Shown: positions 11,099 to 23,618 of the stretch, piece after piece
Numbering within the stretch: the stretch's first letter is position 1
How the letters are laid out: every line of letters starts with the position of its first letter
Assembly: GCA_964588985.1 (NCBI GenBank)
Contig: CAZPQW010000021.1
Span: 1-59,428 of the forward strand
Reading direction: 5' to 3'
Source: an uncultured Solirubrobacteraceae bacterium
GTDB lineage: Bacteria; Actinomycetota; Thermoleophilia; Solirubrobacterales; Solirubrobacteraceae
DNA length: 59,428 nucleotides
The notes under the pieces: model-generated
Databases searched by the model: none
What the model was told of the DNA's origin: nothing
The model's input: only the letters and a program-made list of their open reading frames with translations
Program-made: the position numbers and the translations under genes

Positions 11099-12511
11099 GT
11101 GAACGCACTGGAACTCGCCCGCCTGCAGTTCGGCGTCACAACCGTCTTCCACTTCATCTTCGTGCCGATGTCGATCGGCCTCGCGGTGTGGGTCGCCTAC
11201 TGCCAGACCCGCCACTACCGCAGCGGCGAGGAGATCTACCTGCGGATGACGCGCTTCTGGGGGAAGTTCATGCTGATCTCGCTCGCGATCGGCGTCGTCA
11301 CCGGGATCGTGCAGGAGTTCCAGTTCGGGATGAACTGGTCGCAGTACTCGCGCTACGTCGGGGACATCTTCGGGGCGCCGCTCGCGATGGAGGGCCTCGC
11401 GGCCTTCTTCCTCGAGTCGACCTTCCTCGGGCTGTGGCTGTTCGGCTGGGGGCGGCTGAAGCCGAAGGTCCACCTCGCGACGATCTGGCTGACCGCGTTC
11501 GGGGCGGTCCTCTCCGCGTACTTCATCCTCGCGGCGAACTCCTGGATGCAGCACCCGGTGGGATACGTGATCAACCACACCACCCACCGCGCGGAGCTGA
11601 CGAGCATCTTCGCGGTGCTCACCAACTCCACCGTGCTGCTCGCGTTCCCGCACACGATCTTCGGGGCGCTCTGCACCGGCGGGTTCCTCGTCCTCGGCAT
11701 CTCCGCCTTCGGTCTGATGCGGGGACGCAACCGCGACGTGTACTCGCGCTCGGCGCGAATGGCGCTACCGCTGGTTCTCGTCGCCGCGATCCTCACCGGC
11801 GCGTTCGGCCACACGCAGGGGATGCTGATGGAGGAACAGGAGCCGATGAAGATGGCCGCCGCCGAGGCGCTCTACAAGACGACCAAGGGCGCCAGCCTGT
11901 CGATCTTCGCCGTCGGCCCGTTCGAACACTTCCCCAAGCGCCTCAACACCGACATCCGCATCCCGCACCTGCTCTCGATCCTCGGCACCGCCTCCTGGAA
12001 CGGGAAGGTCGAGGGCGTCAACCAGCTCAACGCCGAAGACCAGGCCAAATACGGCCCGGGCGACTACGTGCCGATCCTCGGCATCACCTACTGGACGTTC
12101 CGGATCATGTCCGGGGTCGGGGTCCTGCTCCTGTTGATCCCGCTGGCCGGGCTGGTGCTCGTGCGTCGAAAAGAACTCGAGGTCAAGCGCTGGTTCCTGC
12201 GCGCGGCGATCGTCGGCGCGTTCCTGCCGCCGCTCGCGAACCTCACAGGCTGGATCTTCACCGAGATGGGTCGCCAGCCGTGGGTCGTCTACGGCCTGTT
12301 GAAGACCAACGAAGCGAACTCGCCGCTCGTCGGATCGAGCACGATCGTCCTCAGCCTCGTCGGCTACACCGTGCTCTACGGCGTGATGCTCGTCATCGGC
12401 GCGCGCCTGTTCCTCAAGGAGATCGCGCACGGCCCCGAATCCGAGCCGACCGCCGAGTCCGCCGCGGGCGCGCCGCCGGGCGGACACCCCGACCTCGTCA
12501 TGGCCTACTGA
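11099..12511 (+). CDS. cydA: Cytochrome bd ubiquinol oxidase subunit I
   Basis: LARLQF..FHFIFVP, QEFQFGMNW, ANSWMQHP, PMKMAAAEA, EMGRQPW; short Q-loop. Confidence 0.97.
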   Translation: MNALELARLQFGVTTVFHFIFVPMSIGLAVWVAYCQTRHYRSGEEIYLRMTRFWGKFMLISLAIGVVTGIVQEFQFGMNWSQYSRYVGDIFGAPLAMEGLAAFFLESTFLGLWLFGWGRLKPKVHLATIWLTAFGAVLSAYFILAANSWMQHPVGYVINHTTHRAELTSIFAVLTNSTVLLAFPHTIFGALCTGGFLVLGISAFGLMRGRNRDVYSRSARMALPLVLVAAILTGAFGHTQGMLMEEQEPMKMAAAEALYKTTKGASLSIFAVGPFEHFPKRLNTDIRIPHLLSILGTASWNGKVEGVNQLNAEDQAKYGPGDYVPILGITYWTFRIMSGVGVLLLLIPLAGLVLVRRKELEVKRWFLRAAIVGAFLPPLANLTGWIFTEMGRQPWVVYGLLKTNEANSPLVGSSTIVLSLVGYTVLYGVMLVIGARLFLKEIAHGPESEPTAESAAGAPPGGHPDLVMAY

Positions 12512-12520
12512 GGAGCTGCG

Positions 12521-13585
12521 ATGCGCGACCCGAACTTCCTGCAGACGCTGTGGTTCCTGTTGATCGGGGTGCTGTGGGTCGGCTATTTCGTGCTCGAGGG
12601 CTTCGACTTCGGCGTCGGCATCCTGCTGCGCGCGCTCTCCCGCGACGACACCGACAAGCGCATGATCATCCACACGATCGGCCCTGTGTGGGACGGCAAC
12701 GAGGTGTGGCTGCTGACCGCCGGCGGGGCGACATTCGCCGCCTTCCCGGGGTGGTACGCGAGCCTCTTCTCCGGCTTCTACATCGCGCTGTTCCTGATCC
12801 TCGCCGCGCTGATCATCAGAGGCGTGTCGTTCGAGTTCTGGGGCAAGGAAGACTCGCCCCGCTGGCGCGCCACGTGGGAGTGGGCCGCGGTGATCGGCAG
12901 CTTCCTCGCCGCGCTCTTGTGGGGCGTCGGCTGGGCGGACATCGTGCACGGCGTGCCGATGAACTCCGCGCACAACGTCACCGCGTCGCTGTGGGACCTG
13001 CTGCACCCCTACGCGCTGCTCGGCGGGCTCGTCACGCTATCGCTGTTTCTTGCCCACGGCGCGATCTTCCTCGCGCTGCGCACGAGCGGCGAGATGGTCG
13101 AACGGGCGCGCGCCGTCGCGCGGCCGGCGTCGATCGCGAGCGCCGCGCTGATGGCGGGGTTCGTGCTGTGGACGGCCCTCGACCAGCGCAGCGGCGGTGG
13201 CAAGCTCTCAGCGCAGGCGATCGCCGTTGTGGCCGTGGGGCTCGCGTTCGCGGTGCCGTTCCTGATCGCGCGCGAGCGCGACGGGCGCGCGTTCGCGTTC
13301 AGCGCGGGCGCGATCGCGCTGCTGTTCGCCAGCCTGTTCGTGTGGCTGTATCCCAACGCGCTGCCGTCCACCACCAGCCACGCATACGACCTAGCGCTCA
13401 CGGGCGCCTCCTCGACCCACTACACACAGACGGTGATGACGATCGTGGCGATCGTGTTCGTGCCGATCGTGCTCCTCTACCAGGGCTGGAGCTACTGGGT
13501 CTTCCGTCACCGGCTCGGCCGTGACGACTTCGAGGGCACGCCCACGCCGCTGGCCGTGCTCGAGCACCGCGCGTCGCGCACCTGA
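12521..13585 (+). CDS. cydB: Cytochrome bd ubiquinol oxidase subunit II
   Basis: LEGFDFGVG and GPVWDGNEVWL motifs. Confidence 0.97.
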   Translation: MRDPNFLQTLWFLLIGVLWVGYFVLEGFDFGVGILLRALSRDDTDKRMIIHTIGPVWDGNEVWLLTAGGATFAAFPGWYASLFSGFYIALFLILAALIIRGVSFEFWGKEDSPRWRATWEWAAVIGSFLAALLWGVGWADIVHGVPMNSAHNVTASLWDLLHPYALLGGLVTLSLFLAHGAIFLALRTSGEMVERARAVARPASIASAALMAGFVLWTALDQRSGGGKLSAQAIAVVAVGLAFAVPFLIARERDGRAFAFSAGAIALLFASLFVWLYPNALPSTTSHAYDLALTGASSTHYTQTVMTIVAIVFVPIVLLYQGWSYWVFRHRLGRDDFEGTPTPLAVLEHRASRT

Positions 13586-13586
13586 G

Positions 13587-15278
13587 ATGTCCTCGCCGGT
13601 CGACCGCAGGCTGGTTGGCGAGAGCCGTGCCGCCCGCGCTCACCTGCTGCTCGCCGGCGCGATAGGCGTCCTCTCCGCGGGGCTGATCGTCGCGCAGGCC
13701 GCGCTGCTCGCTTACCTGATCGACCGCGCCGCGATGCACCACGCGACTCTCAGCCCAATGCGGTCAGAGCTGATCGCGCTCGCGGCGGTGCTGTGCGCTC
13801 GCGCGCTCGCCGCCGGCGCTTTCGAGCTGTCCGGGCGCTGGGGCGCGGTGCGCGTGATGAGCGAGCTGCGCGGCCGGCTCGTGCGACGGCTGCTGCTGAG
13901 CAGCCCCGAGCGGCGGCCGGGCGGCGTGCGCACGGGCGAGCTCGCGGGCGTCGCGGTGCAGGGCGTGGACGCGCTGGAGGCGTACTTCGCCGGCTACCTG
14001 CCGCAGCTCGTGCTCGCCGCGACGGTGCCGCTCGCGGTGATCGCATGGGTGATCGCACTCGATCCGATCGCCGCGGCGATCCTCGCGTTCACCGTGCCGG
14101 TGCTCGTGCTGTTCATGATCCTGATCGGCAAGGGCGCGCGCGCCCAGGCGCAGGGCCGCTGGCGCGCGATGGCGCTGCTCGGCTCGCACTTCCTCGACGT
14201 CGTGCAGGGGCTAGCGACGCTGCGCGCGTACGGGCGCGAGGACGCCCAGGCGCGCACGCTCGCGGACGTCGGCGAGCGCTACCGCTCGGAGACGATGGCC
14301 ACGCTGCGGATCGCGTTCCTGTCAGCGCTCGTGCTCGAGCTGTGCGCGATGATCGGCACCGCGCTCGTCGCCGCGACGATCGGCGTGCAGCTCGTCGACG
14401 GCGCGCTCGGCCTGCGCGCCGGGCTGACCGTGCTGCTGCTCGCGCCCGAGCTGTACGGCCCGCTGCGCCTCGTCGGCCAGCAGTTCCACGCGAGCGCCGA
14501 CGCGAGCAGCGCCTCCGAGCGGATCTTCGCCGCACTCGAGGAGCCGCCCACGATCGCGCGCACAACAAGCCCGCGCGCCGCGCCCGACCCGGCGCTCGCG
14601 CCGATCCGCTTCGAGGGCGTCAGCTACGGGTATCCGGAGCGCACCGACAGCGCTCTCGAAGACGTCGAGCTGACGCTCTCGCCCGGGCGGATCGCCGCGC
14701 TCGTGGGGCCGAGCGGCGCTGGCAAGAGCACGCTCGCGAACCTGCTCATGCGCCTCGCCGACCCCACCGCCGGGCGGATCTCATGCGGCGGGGTGGATTT
14801 GCGCGAGATCGACATCGAGCGGTGGCGCGCACGGATCGCGTGGGTCCCGCAGCGGCCGACGCTGTTCAGCTGCACGGTCGCGCAGAACATCGCGCTGTAT
14901 GAGCCGAACGCAAGCCGCACGCAGATCGAGCGCGCCGCGGCGGCGGCTGGAGCGACAGAGCTCATCGACGCGTTGCCAGACGGCTTTCACACGCTCCTCG
15001 GCGAGGGCGCACGGCGCCTGTCGGCCGGGCAGGCTCAGCGCATCGCGCTCGCCCGCGTGTTCCTCGCGGACCGACCTTTGCTGGTGCTCGACGAGCCGAC
15101 CGCGCACCTCGACGAGGCAAGCGCGGCCGCGGTCGCGGAAGCGATCGAGACGCTCGCCGTCGGGCGCACCACTTTGCTGATCGTCCACCAGGCGATGCTC
15201 GCCGCGCTCGCGCACGACGTGCACGCGCTGAGCGGGGGCCGTGTCGCCGAGATCGCCGGCGAGGCGGTGGCGGCGTGA
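13587..15278 (+). CDS. cydD: Thiol/heme ABC exporter subunit CydD
   Basis: ATG 13587; YFAGYLPQ, TLRIAFLSALVLE, LLAPELYGPLR..QFHAS; GPSGAGKST, LSAGQ. Confidence 0.93.
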   Translation: MSSPVDRRLVGESRAARAHLLLAGAIGVLSAGLIVAQAALLAYLIDRAAMHHATLSPMRSELIALAAVLCARALAAGAFELSGRWGAVRVMSELRGRLVRRLLLSSPERRPGGVRTGELAGVAVQGVDALEAYFAGYLPQLVLAATVPLAVIAWVIALDPIAAAILAFTVPVLVLFMILIGKGARAQAQGRWRAMALLGSHFLDVVQGLATLRAYGREDAQARTLADVGERYRSETMATLRIAFLSALVLELCAMIGTALVAATIGVQLVDGALGLRAGLTVLLLAPELYGPLRLVGQQFHASADASSASERIFAALEEPPTIARTTSPRAAPDPALAPIRFEGVSYGYPERTDSALEDVELTLSPGRIAALVGPSGAGKSTLANLLMRLADPTAGRISCGGVDLREIDIERWRARIAWVPQRPTLFSCTVAQNIALYEPNASRTQIERAAAAAGATELIDALPDGFHTLLGEGARRLSAGQAQRIALARVFLADRPLLVLDEPTAHLDEASAAAVAEAIETLAVGRTTLLIVHQAMLAALAHDVHALSGGRVAEIAGEAVAA

Positions 15279-16921
15279 GTGGCGAGGGGCAGACAGGTGT
15301 GCTGCTGCGCACGATGCGCCCGCAGGGTTCGGAGCGCGCACGTCTCGCGCTGAGCGTCGCGCTCGCCACCGGCGCTGCCGCTGCCGCGATCGCGCTGCTC
15401 ACCACGTCCGGGTACCTGATCTCGCGCGCCGCCCAGCGTCCGCAGATCCTGATGCTGATGGTCGCGATCGTCGCGGTGCGCGGCTTCGGAATCGCGCGCG
15501 CGGTGCTGCGCTACGGCGAGCGGCTCGTCTCCCACGACCTCGCGCTGCGCCAGCTCGTGCGTCTGCGCGGGCGCTTCTACCGCAGCCTTGCGCCGCTCGT
15601 GCCGGGCGCGCTCGCGAGCCGCAGCGGCGAGCTGCTGAGCCGCTTCGTTGCGGACGTCGACGTGCTCCAGGACGCCTACCTGCGGGTCGCGATCCCCGGG
15701 CTCGTGGCGGTGCTCGTGATCGCTGGCGCCTCCCTCACCGCGTGGATCGTCCTGCCGAGCGCGGGCGCGATCGTACTCGCCGCGCTCACTATCGCGGCGC
15801 TCGCGCTGCCGTGGCTCAGCTCGACCGTCGCGGCGCGCGCCGCCCGCCGTCAGGCGCCCGCACGCGCGCTGCTGACGAGCGACCTCGTGGAGGGCATCGA
15901 CGGCGCGAGGGAGCTGACGATCGCGGGGCGCGCCGACGCACATGTGCAGCGTCTGGCCGAAGGCGATGCGCGATTGGCTCAGCTGGCGCGCGGCGACGCT
16001 CTGGCCACCGCCGCGTCGGTCGTCGCCGGCGGCATCCTCGCGGGCGCTGGGATGCTGGCGCTGCTGCTGGTGGCGATCCCCGCTGTGCACTCGGGCGCGC
16101 TCGCGGGCGTGCTGCTCGCGGCGCTCGTGTTCCTGCTGCTCGCGGCATACGAGAGCGTGCTGCCGCTGTCCGCCGCCGCCCGCTCCCTGCGCGTGTGCGC
16201 GACCTCGGCGACGCGTCTGCAGGAGCTCGCCGAGACCGCCCCGGCCGTGCTCGACCCGTCGCACCCACTCGCGCTCACCGGCACGGGCGAGCTGCGCGTC
16301 GAAGGCGTTCGCTTCCGCTACGCGCCCGGAGAGCCGTGGGTGCTCGACCACGCCGACCTCCAAATCGAGCCCGGCGAGCACGTCGCGCTGACAGGCCCCA
16401 GCGGCGTCGGCAAGAGCACGCTCGCGGAGCTGCTGGTGCGCTTCCGCGACCCAGAACATGGTCAGGTGCGGCTCGACAGGATCGACATGCGCGAGCTCAC
16501 ACAGCGCGAGATCCGCGACGCGGTGACGCTGTGCGCGCAGGACTGCCACGTGTTCAACACCACCGTCCGCGAGAACCTGCTGATCGCGCGGCGCGACGCC
16601 TCCGAGCGCGAGGTCCTCGACGCGCTCGCGGCGGTCGAGCTCGACGAGTGGGCGGCGACGCTGCCGCAGGGGCTCGACACGATCCTCGGCCAGGACGGCG
16701 AGCTCGTCTCGGGCGGGCAGCGCACGCGCATCGCGCTCGCCCGCGCGCTGCTCGGCGGCTCGCGCTTCCTGATCCTCGACGAGCCGACCGCGCACCTCGA
16801 CCCCGCGCTCGCGGAGCGCGTGATGCGCAACCTGCCGCGGGCGTGCGGCGAGCGCGGGCTGCTGGTGATCACTCACGACACAAGCGCCCTGGAGGGGTTT
16901 GACCGCATACTCCAGCTGTGA
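15275..16921 (+). CDS. cydC: Thiol/heme ABC exporter subunit CydC
   Basis: SGYLISRAA, RYGERLVSHD; GPSGVGKST, VSGGQ; GTGA overlap with cydD. Confidence 0.93.
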   Translation: MSGEGQTGVLLRTMRPQGSERARLALSVALATGAAAAAIALLTTSGYLISRAAQRPQILMLMVAIVAVRGFGIARAVLRYGERLVSHDLALRQLVRLRGRFYRSLAPLVPGALASRSGELLSRFVADVDVLQDAYLRVAIPGLVAVLVIAGASLTAWIVLPSAGAIVLAALTIAALALPWLSSTVAARAARRQAPARALLTSDLVEGIDGARELTIAGRADAHVQRLAEGDARLAQLARGDALATAASVVAGGILAGAGMLALLLVAIPAVHSGALAGVLLAALVFLLLAAYESVLPLSAAARSLRVCATSATRLQELAETAPAVLDPSHPLALTGTGELRVEGVRFRYAPGEPWVLDHADLQIEPGEHVALTGPSGVGKSTLAELLVRFRDPEHGQVRLDRIDMRELTQREIRDAVTLCAQDCHVFNTTVRENLLIARRDASEREVLDALAAVELDEWAATLPQGLDTILGQDGELVSGGQRTRIALARALLGGSRFLILDEPTAHLDPALAERVMRNLPRACGERGLLVITHDTSALEGFDRILQL

Positions 16922-18044
16922 GCTTCGGAACGCTCGTGGTGCTTGTGCTCGCCGGACTCGGCGGCCCGCTGCTGGGGATGGTTCAGCGGCGCTTCGTGCC
17001 GGTCGTCGTCGGCGAGATCCTCGCGGGCATCCTCGTGGGGCCCGCGGTGCTGGACGGGTTCGACCCGCACAACGGGACGGTCGCGTTCCTCGCGCAGATC
17101 GGGTTCGCGATGCTGATGCTCACCGTCGGCATGCACCTGCCGCTGCGCGACCGCCGGCTCGCCGAGTCCGCGCGCGACGGCGCGAAGCTCGCGGTGCTGG
17201 TGTGCGTGCTGGCGCTGCCCGCGGGGCTGCTCGCGGCGAGCATCGCCGGCGACGGGCACACGGCGGTGTACGTGGTGGTGCTCGCGTCGGGCTCAGCCGC
17301 GGTGTTGCTGCCGGCGATCGAGGAGCTGGGCCTCGAGGGCGCGGCGGTGATGACGGTGATGGCGCAGGTGACGATCGCGGACGTGATCACGATCCTGTCG
17401 GTGCCGATCGTGCTGCAGCCGAGCCGCGTGGGACACGCTGTGCTCGGCGCTGTGCTCGTCGCGCTCGCCGCGGTGCTCCTGATGGCGGCCGCCCGGCTGA
17501 CGTCGCGCGGCACCGGCGGGTGGGTGCACCGCGTGCGCCACCTCTCCAAGCAGCGCTACTGGGCGCTCGACCTGCGCCTGTCGCTGCTCGTGCTGTTCGT
17601 GCTCGCGTGGGTCGCCCAGAAGGGCGGGACGAGCATCCTGATCGCAGGCTTCGGCGCGGGTTTGATGGTCGCGATGATCGGAGGACCAAAACGCCTCTCC
17701 ACACAGATGCGCGGTGTGGCAGACGGATTTTTCATTCCTTTTTATTTTGTCGTCCTCGGCGCGCAGCTTGACCTCGAAGGCCTCGTGAGCGAACCGGCGA
17801 TGCTCGCGCTCGCGGGTGCGCTCGCGCTGCTGAACGTCGCGATCCATGTGCTCGCCGCGGCCGTCCTGCGCAGGCCTTTGAGCGGCGCGCTGGCCGCGAC
17901 CGCGCAACTCGGCGTCCCCGCGGCGGTCGCCTCGATCGGGCTCTCCGAGCACGTGCTCGCGCCCGTCACCGCGACCGCGATCGTCGTCTCCGCGCTCGTC
18001 AGCCTCGGCGTGTGCACGCTCGGGATCGAGCTGCTCGCGCGTCC

Positions 18045-20072
<2,028 letters not shown>

Positions 20073-20123
20073 TACTCCATGCTAGATGGCTACGATCGTG
20101 AGAGCTATCCAAGGAGAGACGAG

Positions 20124-20963
20124 ATGTTCAAGAACGTGCTGGTTGGAGTGGACGGCCGCGCCGGCGGCCGCGACGCGATCGCGCTCGCGACGCGCCTCGT
20201 CGATCCAGACGGCAAGTTGACGCTCGCGCACGTCTACACGGGCGAGCTGCACCCGCTGCACGCGATCACGCCGGGCCTGCCGGCCGAAGAGCTCGAGGCC
20301 TCGCGCAACCTGCTTGAGGACGAGCGCGCGGACGCGAAGGTCGATGCGCAGATAGTCAGCGTCCTCGCCTCCGCCCCGGGCAGCGGTCTTCACCGTCAGG
20401 CCGAGGAGCAGCACGCCGACCTGATCGTGGTCGGTTCCTGCAGTCGCGGCGCCTTCGGTCGCGCGATGCTCGGCGACGACACGCGCGTCGCTCTCAACGG
20501 CTCGCCCTGCGCGGTCGCGATCGCGGCGGGCGGCTACGCGCAGCACCCCCGAGAGCTCTCCAGGATCGGCGTGGCCTACAACGCCTCGCCCGAGAGCGCG
20601 GCGGCGCTCGCCAAGGCGCGCGAGCTGGCCGCGCCGGGCGGCGCGCAGCTCAAGGCGCTTGAAGTGGTCTCGATACCGACCTACGCCTTCACCGGCCTGA
20701 TGCCCCCCACGATCGGCGAGTCCGTCGACGTGCTGCTCACCGAGCGCAACGCTTTCATGGGTACGCTCGAGGGGGTCGAGGGGCGCGCGGTGTATGGCCT
20801 CACCGGCGAGGAGCTGGCGGCGTTCGGCGACGAGCTGGACATCCTCGTGGTCGGCTCTCGCGGCTACGGCCCGCTGCGCCGGCTCGTGCTCGGCAGCACC
20901 TCCGACTACCTCGAGCGCCATGCCCGCTGCTCACTGCTCGTCCTGCCCCGTGCGGCCGAGTGA
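20124..20963 (+). CDS. Tandem universal stress protein
   Basis: AAGGAG RBS then MFKNVLVGVDG; two USP domains; VVGSRGYG..VLGSTS. Confidence 0.92.
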   Translation: MFKNVLVGVDGRAGGRDAIALATRLVDPDGKLTLAHVYTGELHPLHAITPGLPAEELEASRNLLEDERADAKVDAQIVSVLASAPGSGLHRQAEEQHADLIVVGSCSRGAFGRAMLGDDTRVALNGSPCAVAIAAGGYAQHPRELSRIGVAYNASPESAAALAKARELAAPGGAQLKALEVVSIPTYAFTGLMPPTIGESVDVLLTERNAFMGTLEGVEGRAVYGLTGEELAAFGDELDILVVGSRGYGPLRRLVLGSTSDYLERHARCSLLVLPRAAE

Positions 20964-21009
20964 CGGCTGACCAAGTCGATCCGTTCCACAGAGCTGTACC
21001 TTCTTAGTT

Positions 21010-21693
21010 GTGAGCGTCGGGGAGACCGCTTCGAATGAGGACGCCACCGGCGGCGAGTCGCCCGCTGCGGTGATCCGCGTCGTCCTCGCGGACGACCACG
21101 CGGTCGTGCGCGCCGGGTTGCGGATGCTGCTCGACAGCGAAGCCGACTTCGAAGTGGTGGCCGAGGCGAGCGACGTTGAGAGTGCGAGGCGCTACGTCCG
21201 CGGTCACCACCCGCGCGTGCTCGTGCTCGACCTCAACATGCCCGGCGGCTCGAGCCTCGAGGCGATACCGCTGATCCGCGAGGAATCGCCCGAAACGCAG
21301 ATCGTGGTGCTGACGATGCAGCAGGAGCCCGCGTTCGCGCGCGAGGCGCTCGGCGCCGGCGCGCTCGGCTACGTGCTCAAGGAGGCCGCCGACGACGAGC
21401 TCGTCGAAGCGGTGCGCCATGCCGCTGTGGGCGAGAGCTACCTCAACCCGAGGCTCGGTGCGCGCATCGCCTCCGAGCCGCCGCCCGGTCCGCCGGACGA
21501 TCTCTCCGAGCGCGAGGTCGACGTGCTGCGCCTGATCGCGCTGGGGCACACCAACGCGGAGATCGCCGAGCAGCTGTTCCTGTCGGTGCGCACCGTCGAG
21601 ACCCACCGCTCGCACATCCAGCAGAAGCTGCGCCTGTCCACGCGCGCCGAGCTGGTCGGCTACGCGCTGGAGCGCGGGCTGCTCTCGCGGTAG
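21010..21693 (+). CDS. NarL/LuxR family response regulator
   Basis: VLADDHAVV, VLDLNMP, GYVLK, LSEREVDVL..TVETHRSHI; clearly paralogous to 10208-10894. Confidence 0.93.
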   Translation: MSVGETASNEDATGGESPAAVIRVVLADDHAVVRAGLRMLLDSEADFEVVAEASDVESARRYVRGHHPRVLVLDLNMPGGSSLEAIPLIREESPETQIVVLTMQQEPAFAREALGAGALGYVLKEAADDELVEAVRHAAVGESYLNPRLGARIASEPPPGPPDDLSEREVDVLRLIALGHTNAEIAEQLFLSVRTVETHRSHIQQKLRLSTRAELVGYALERGLLSR

Positions 21694-22655
21694 TGCTCGC
21701 GCCAGATCAGCTTGTAGATAGGGATCTTGCGCGGGATCGAGCGGATCCCCGGTAGCAGCGGGATGGTTATGAACGCGAGGCTGAGGGCGCTCATGAGCAG
21801 CAGCACCCAGATGTCCGCGTTTTCTGAGCTCTTGAAGGGTTCGACCTGGTACCAGAGGGAGTACAGCCACAGCCACGCCTGCCCCGGGTAGCTGCCGGTC
21901 TCGTTCATCATTCCCCACTGCTCGCCCAGCAGGTGCTGTTCTTCGGCGCGTTTTTCCAACAGCCCGCCGTCGGCCATGAACAGCAGCGGCTTGGTGTAGT
22001 CGGTCTGGAAGAACTGGTTGCTCGTCAGCAGCGCGCCGTCGAGCCCGCCGCTCTTCGCGAGGCTCAACAGCCCGGTCATCATCGTGCCGACCGGGCCGGC
22101 GTCGGTCGCCTGCACCGTCACCGCGCCGGTGCTCGGATCGACCGAGACCGTCTTGGGCAGCGGCTTTCCTTCTTCTTCGGCGGTCGCGGTTTCCTCCAGG
22201 GGCTTGGCGTACGCTTCCCCCCACGCCTTCTGGGTGGCCGCCGGCGCGGATTCGTACTGGGCGATCGCGCCCTGCAGCGTGGGGTCGTTCGGGACCGTCT
22301 TCAGCGGGTCGAGCACGAAGTCGTGGGCCGTTTCGATCGGGTGGCTCACACCGAGCCATTTCTGCGGGTAGAGGAAGACCGCGTGCACGCCCTTGCTGTT
22401 GTGGTTGTAGGGCGGGCCGTATTCCGCGGTGCCGCTCGTGCCGTCGAGCTCCGTAGCGGCCGCGGTGAGGAAGTTGACCGGCAGCGTGCGCGACCACTGC
22501 GAGATCGTGCTCGGCTTGTCGTCGGGCGAGGAGAACAGGATCGACAGCACGATCGCCAGCAGCGCGATCACGCCGACGGCGATGCATGCCTCCTTGACGA
22601 GGTCGTAGGGCTGGTAGCCGCCCTTCCACGGCCGGGTGTCGTCGCGGGAGCGCAT
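21660..22655 (-). CDS. Membrane protein, cytochrome b6 subunit-IV-like partner with large soluble insertion
   Basis: ATG 22655 overlaps cytochrome b stop; PYDLVKE then TM; about 230-aa soluble region; PGQAWLWLY, a further TM and LPLLP-like IPLLP; no CxxCH. Confidence 0.7.
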   Translation of the reverse strand: MRSRDDTRPWKGGYQPYDLVKEACIAVGVIALLAIVLSILFSSPDDKPSTISQWSRTLPVNFLTAAATELDGTSGTAEYGPPYNHNSKGVHAVFLYPQKWLGVSHPIETAHDFVLDPLKTVPNDPTLQGAIAQYESAPAATQKAWGEAYAKPLEETATAEEEGKPLPKTVSVDPSTGAVTVQATDAGPVGTMMTGLLSLAKSGGLDGALLTSNQFFQTDYTKPLLFMADGGLLEKRAEEQHLLGEQWGMMNETGSYPGQAWLWLYSLWYQVEPFKSSENADIWVLLLMSALSLAFITIPLLPGIRSIPRKIPIYKLIWREHYRESSPRSSA

Positions 22656-23281
22656 CAGCGCTTCTCCAGCTCGAACGGCGGGACGACCCCATGGCGGCGC
22701 ACGAGCAGCACGTGCGCGGTCACGAGCCCGATCACCGCCATCGGCAGCAGCAGCACGTGGTAGCTGTACATTTGACCGAAGTTGGTGACGTTGAAGAACG
22801 CGCCCACCCCGACCGAGTTGAGGCCGTCCTTCGCCTGCGTGGAGATCCACTGCGCGTCGAAGTTCTGCTGGGAGACGTAGCCCGTCAGCGCTGTGGGCAC
22901 CGCGACGAGGAACGTCACCGCGCCGGTCATCCACACACGCGCGCGGCCTCCGCGCCACGCCGCCATCCAGTACTTGCCCCACAGGTGCACGACCATCACG
23001 AAGAAGAACAGCTCGACCGCCCACATGTGGATGCTGTTGAAGAAGTGCCCCACGCTGGTGTAGTGCCACCACGCGGGTCCCTTGAGCGCGAGGATCGAAC
23101 CCGATGCGACGATCACGACCAGCGACGCGATGCTCGCGACGCCGAACACGTAGATCCAGGAGCCGACGTACGTCGGCTGTCCGTCGGGCAGCAGCTTCTC
23201 GGGCGGCAGCGCCGCGACGCCGGCTTCGCGTACGCGCACCGTCCACGAGCTGGGGCGCGTCTTCGGAGGAGCGGAGCTCAT
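22655..23281 (-). CDS. Cytochrome b N-terminal (b6-like) four-helix di-heme protein
   Basis: SIHMW-x-VVHL (H-x13-H), WMTG, LTGY, YH-x14-H then RRHG; 208 aa from ATG 23281. Confidence 0.88.
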   Translation of the reverse strand: MSSAPPKTRPSSWTVRVREAGVAALPPEKLLPDGQPTYVGSWIYVFGVASIASLVVIVASGSILALKGPAWWHYTSVGHFFNSIHMWAVELFFFVMVVHLWGKYWMAAWRGGRARVWMTGAVTFLVAVPTALTGYVSQQNFDAQWISTQAKDGLNSVGVGAFFNVTNFGQMYSYHVLLLPMAVIGLVTAHVLLVRRHGVVPPFELEKR

Positions 23282-23448
23282 GAGCCGCCATCTCCCCGCC
23301 TGCGCTGGGCGCCGGGGAACGGCAGCAGGAGCGCGAGCACGAACACCACGAGCATCAGTCCTATGACCACGACGTTCGCCACAGACATGTGGATGAAGCT
23401 CCAATCCACCGTGTGGGCGGGGTGGTTCAGGTTGACGATCGCGCCCAT
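23278..23448 (-). CDS. Small single-pass membrane protein coupled to cytochrome b
   Basis: MGAIVNLNHPAHTVDWSFIHMSVANVVVIGLMLVVFVLALLLPFP; ATGA overlap with cytochrome b start. Confidence 0.7.
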   Translation of the reverse strand: MGAIVNLNHPAHTVDWSFIHMSVANVVVIGLMLVVFVLALLLPFPGAQRRRGDGGS

Positions 23449-23618
23449 CGCGACAACGACTGCGGTACTCAACGCCGGCCTCCTCGGATCGTCGTACAAG
23501 CTGTGACAGCGAGCCTATGAGCGCTCGAAATTCAGCGCATCCGTATTTCCTCCGCATAGGCGATGCGGGAAATCGCTGTGTGCGAAGCGCGGGCGGCTCG
23601 AGCGGCTAGGGTGGCGCG

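Noticed and set aside
21660-23448. Annotation as qcrB of the standard bcc complex
   Set aside because: Split and shortened, no PEWY/PDWY motif, no qcrA or qcrC neighbours
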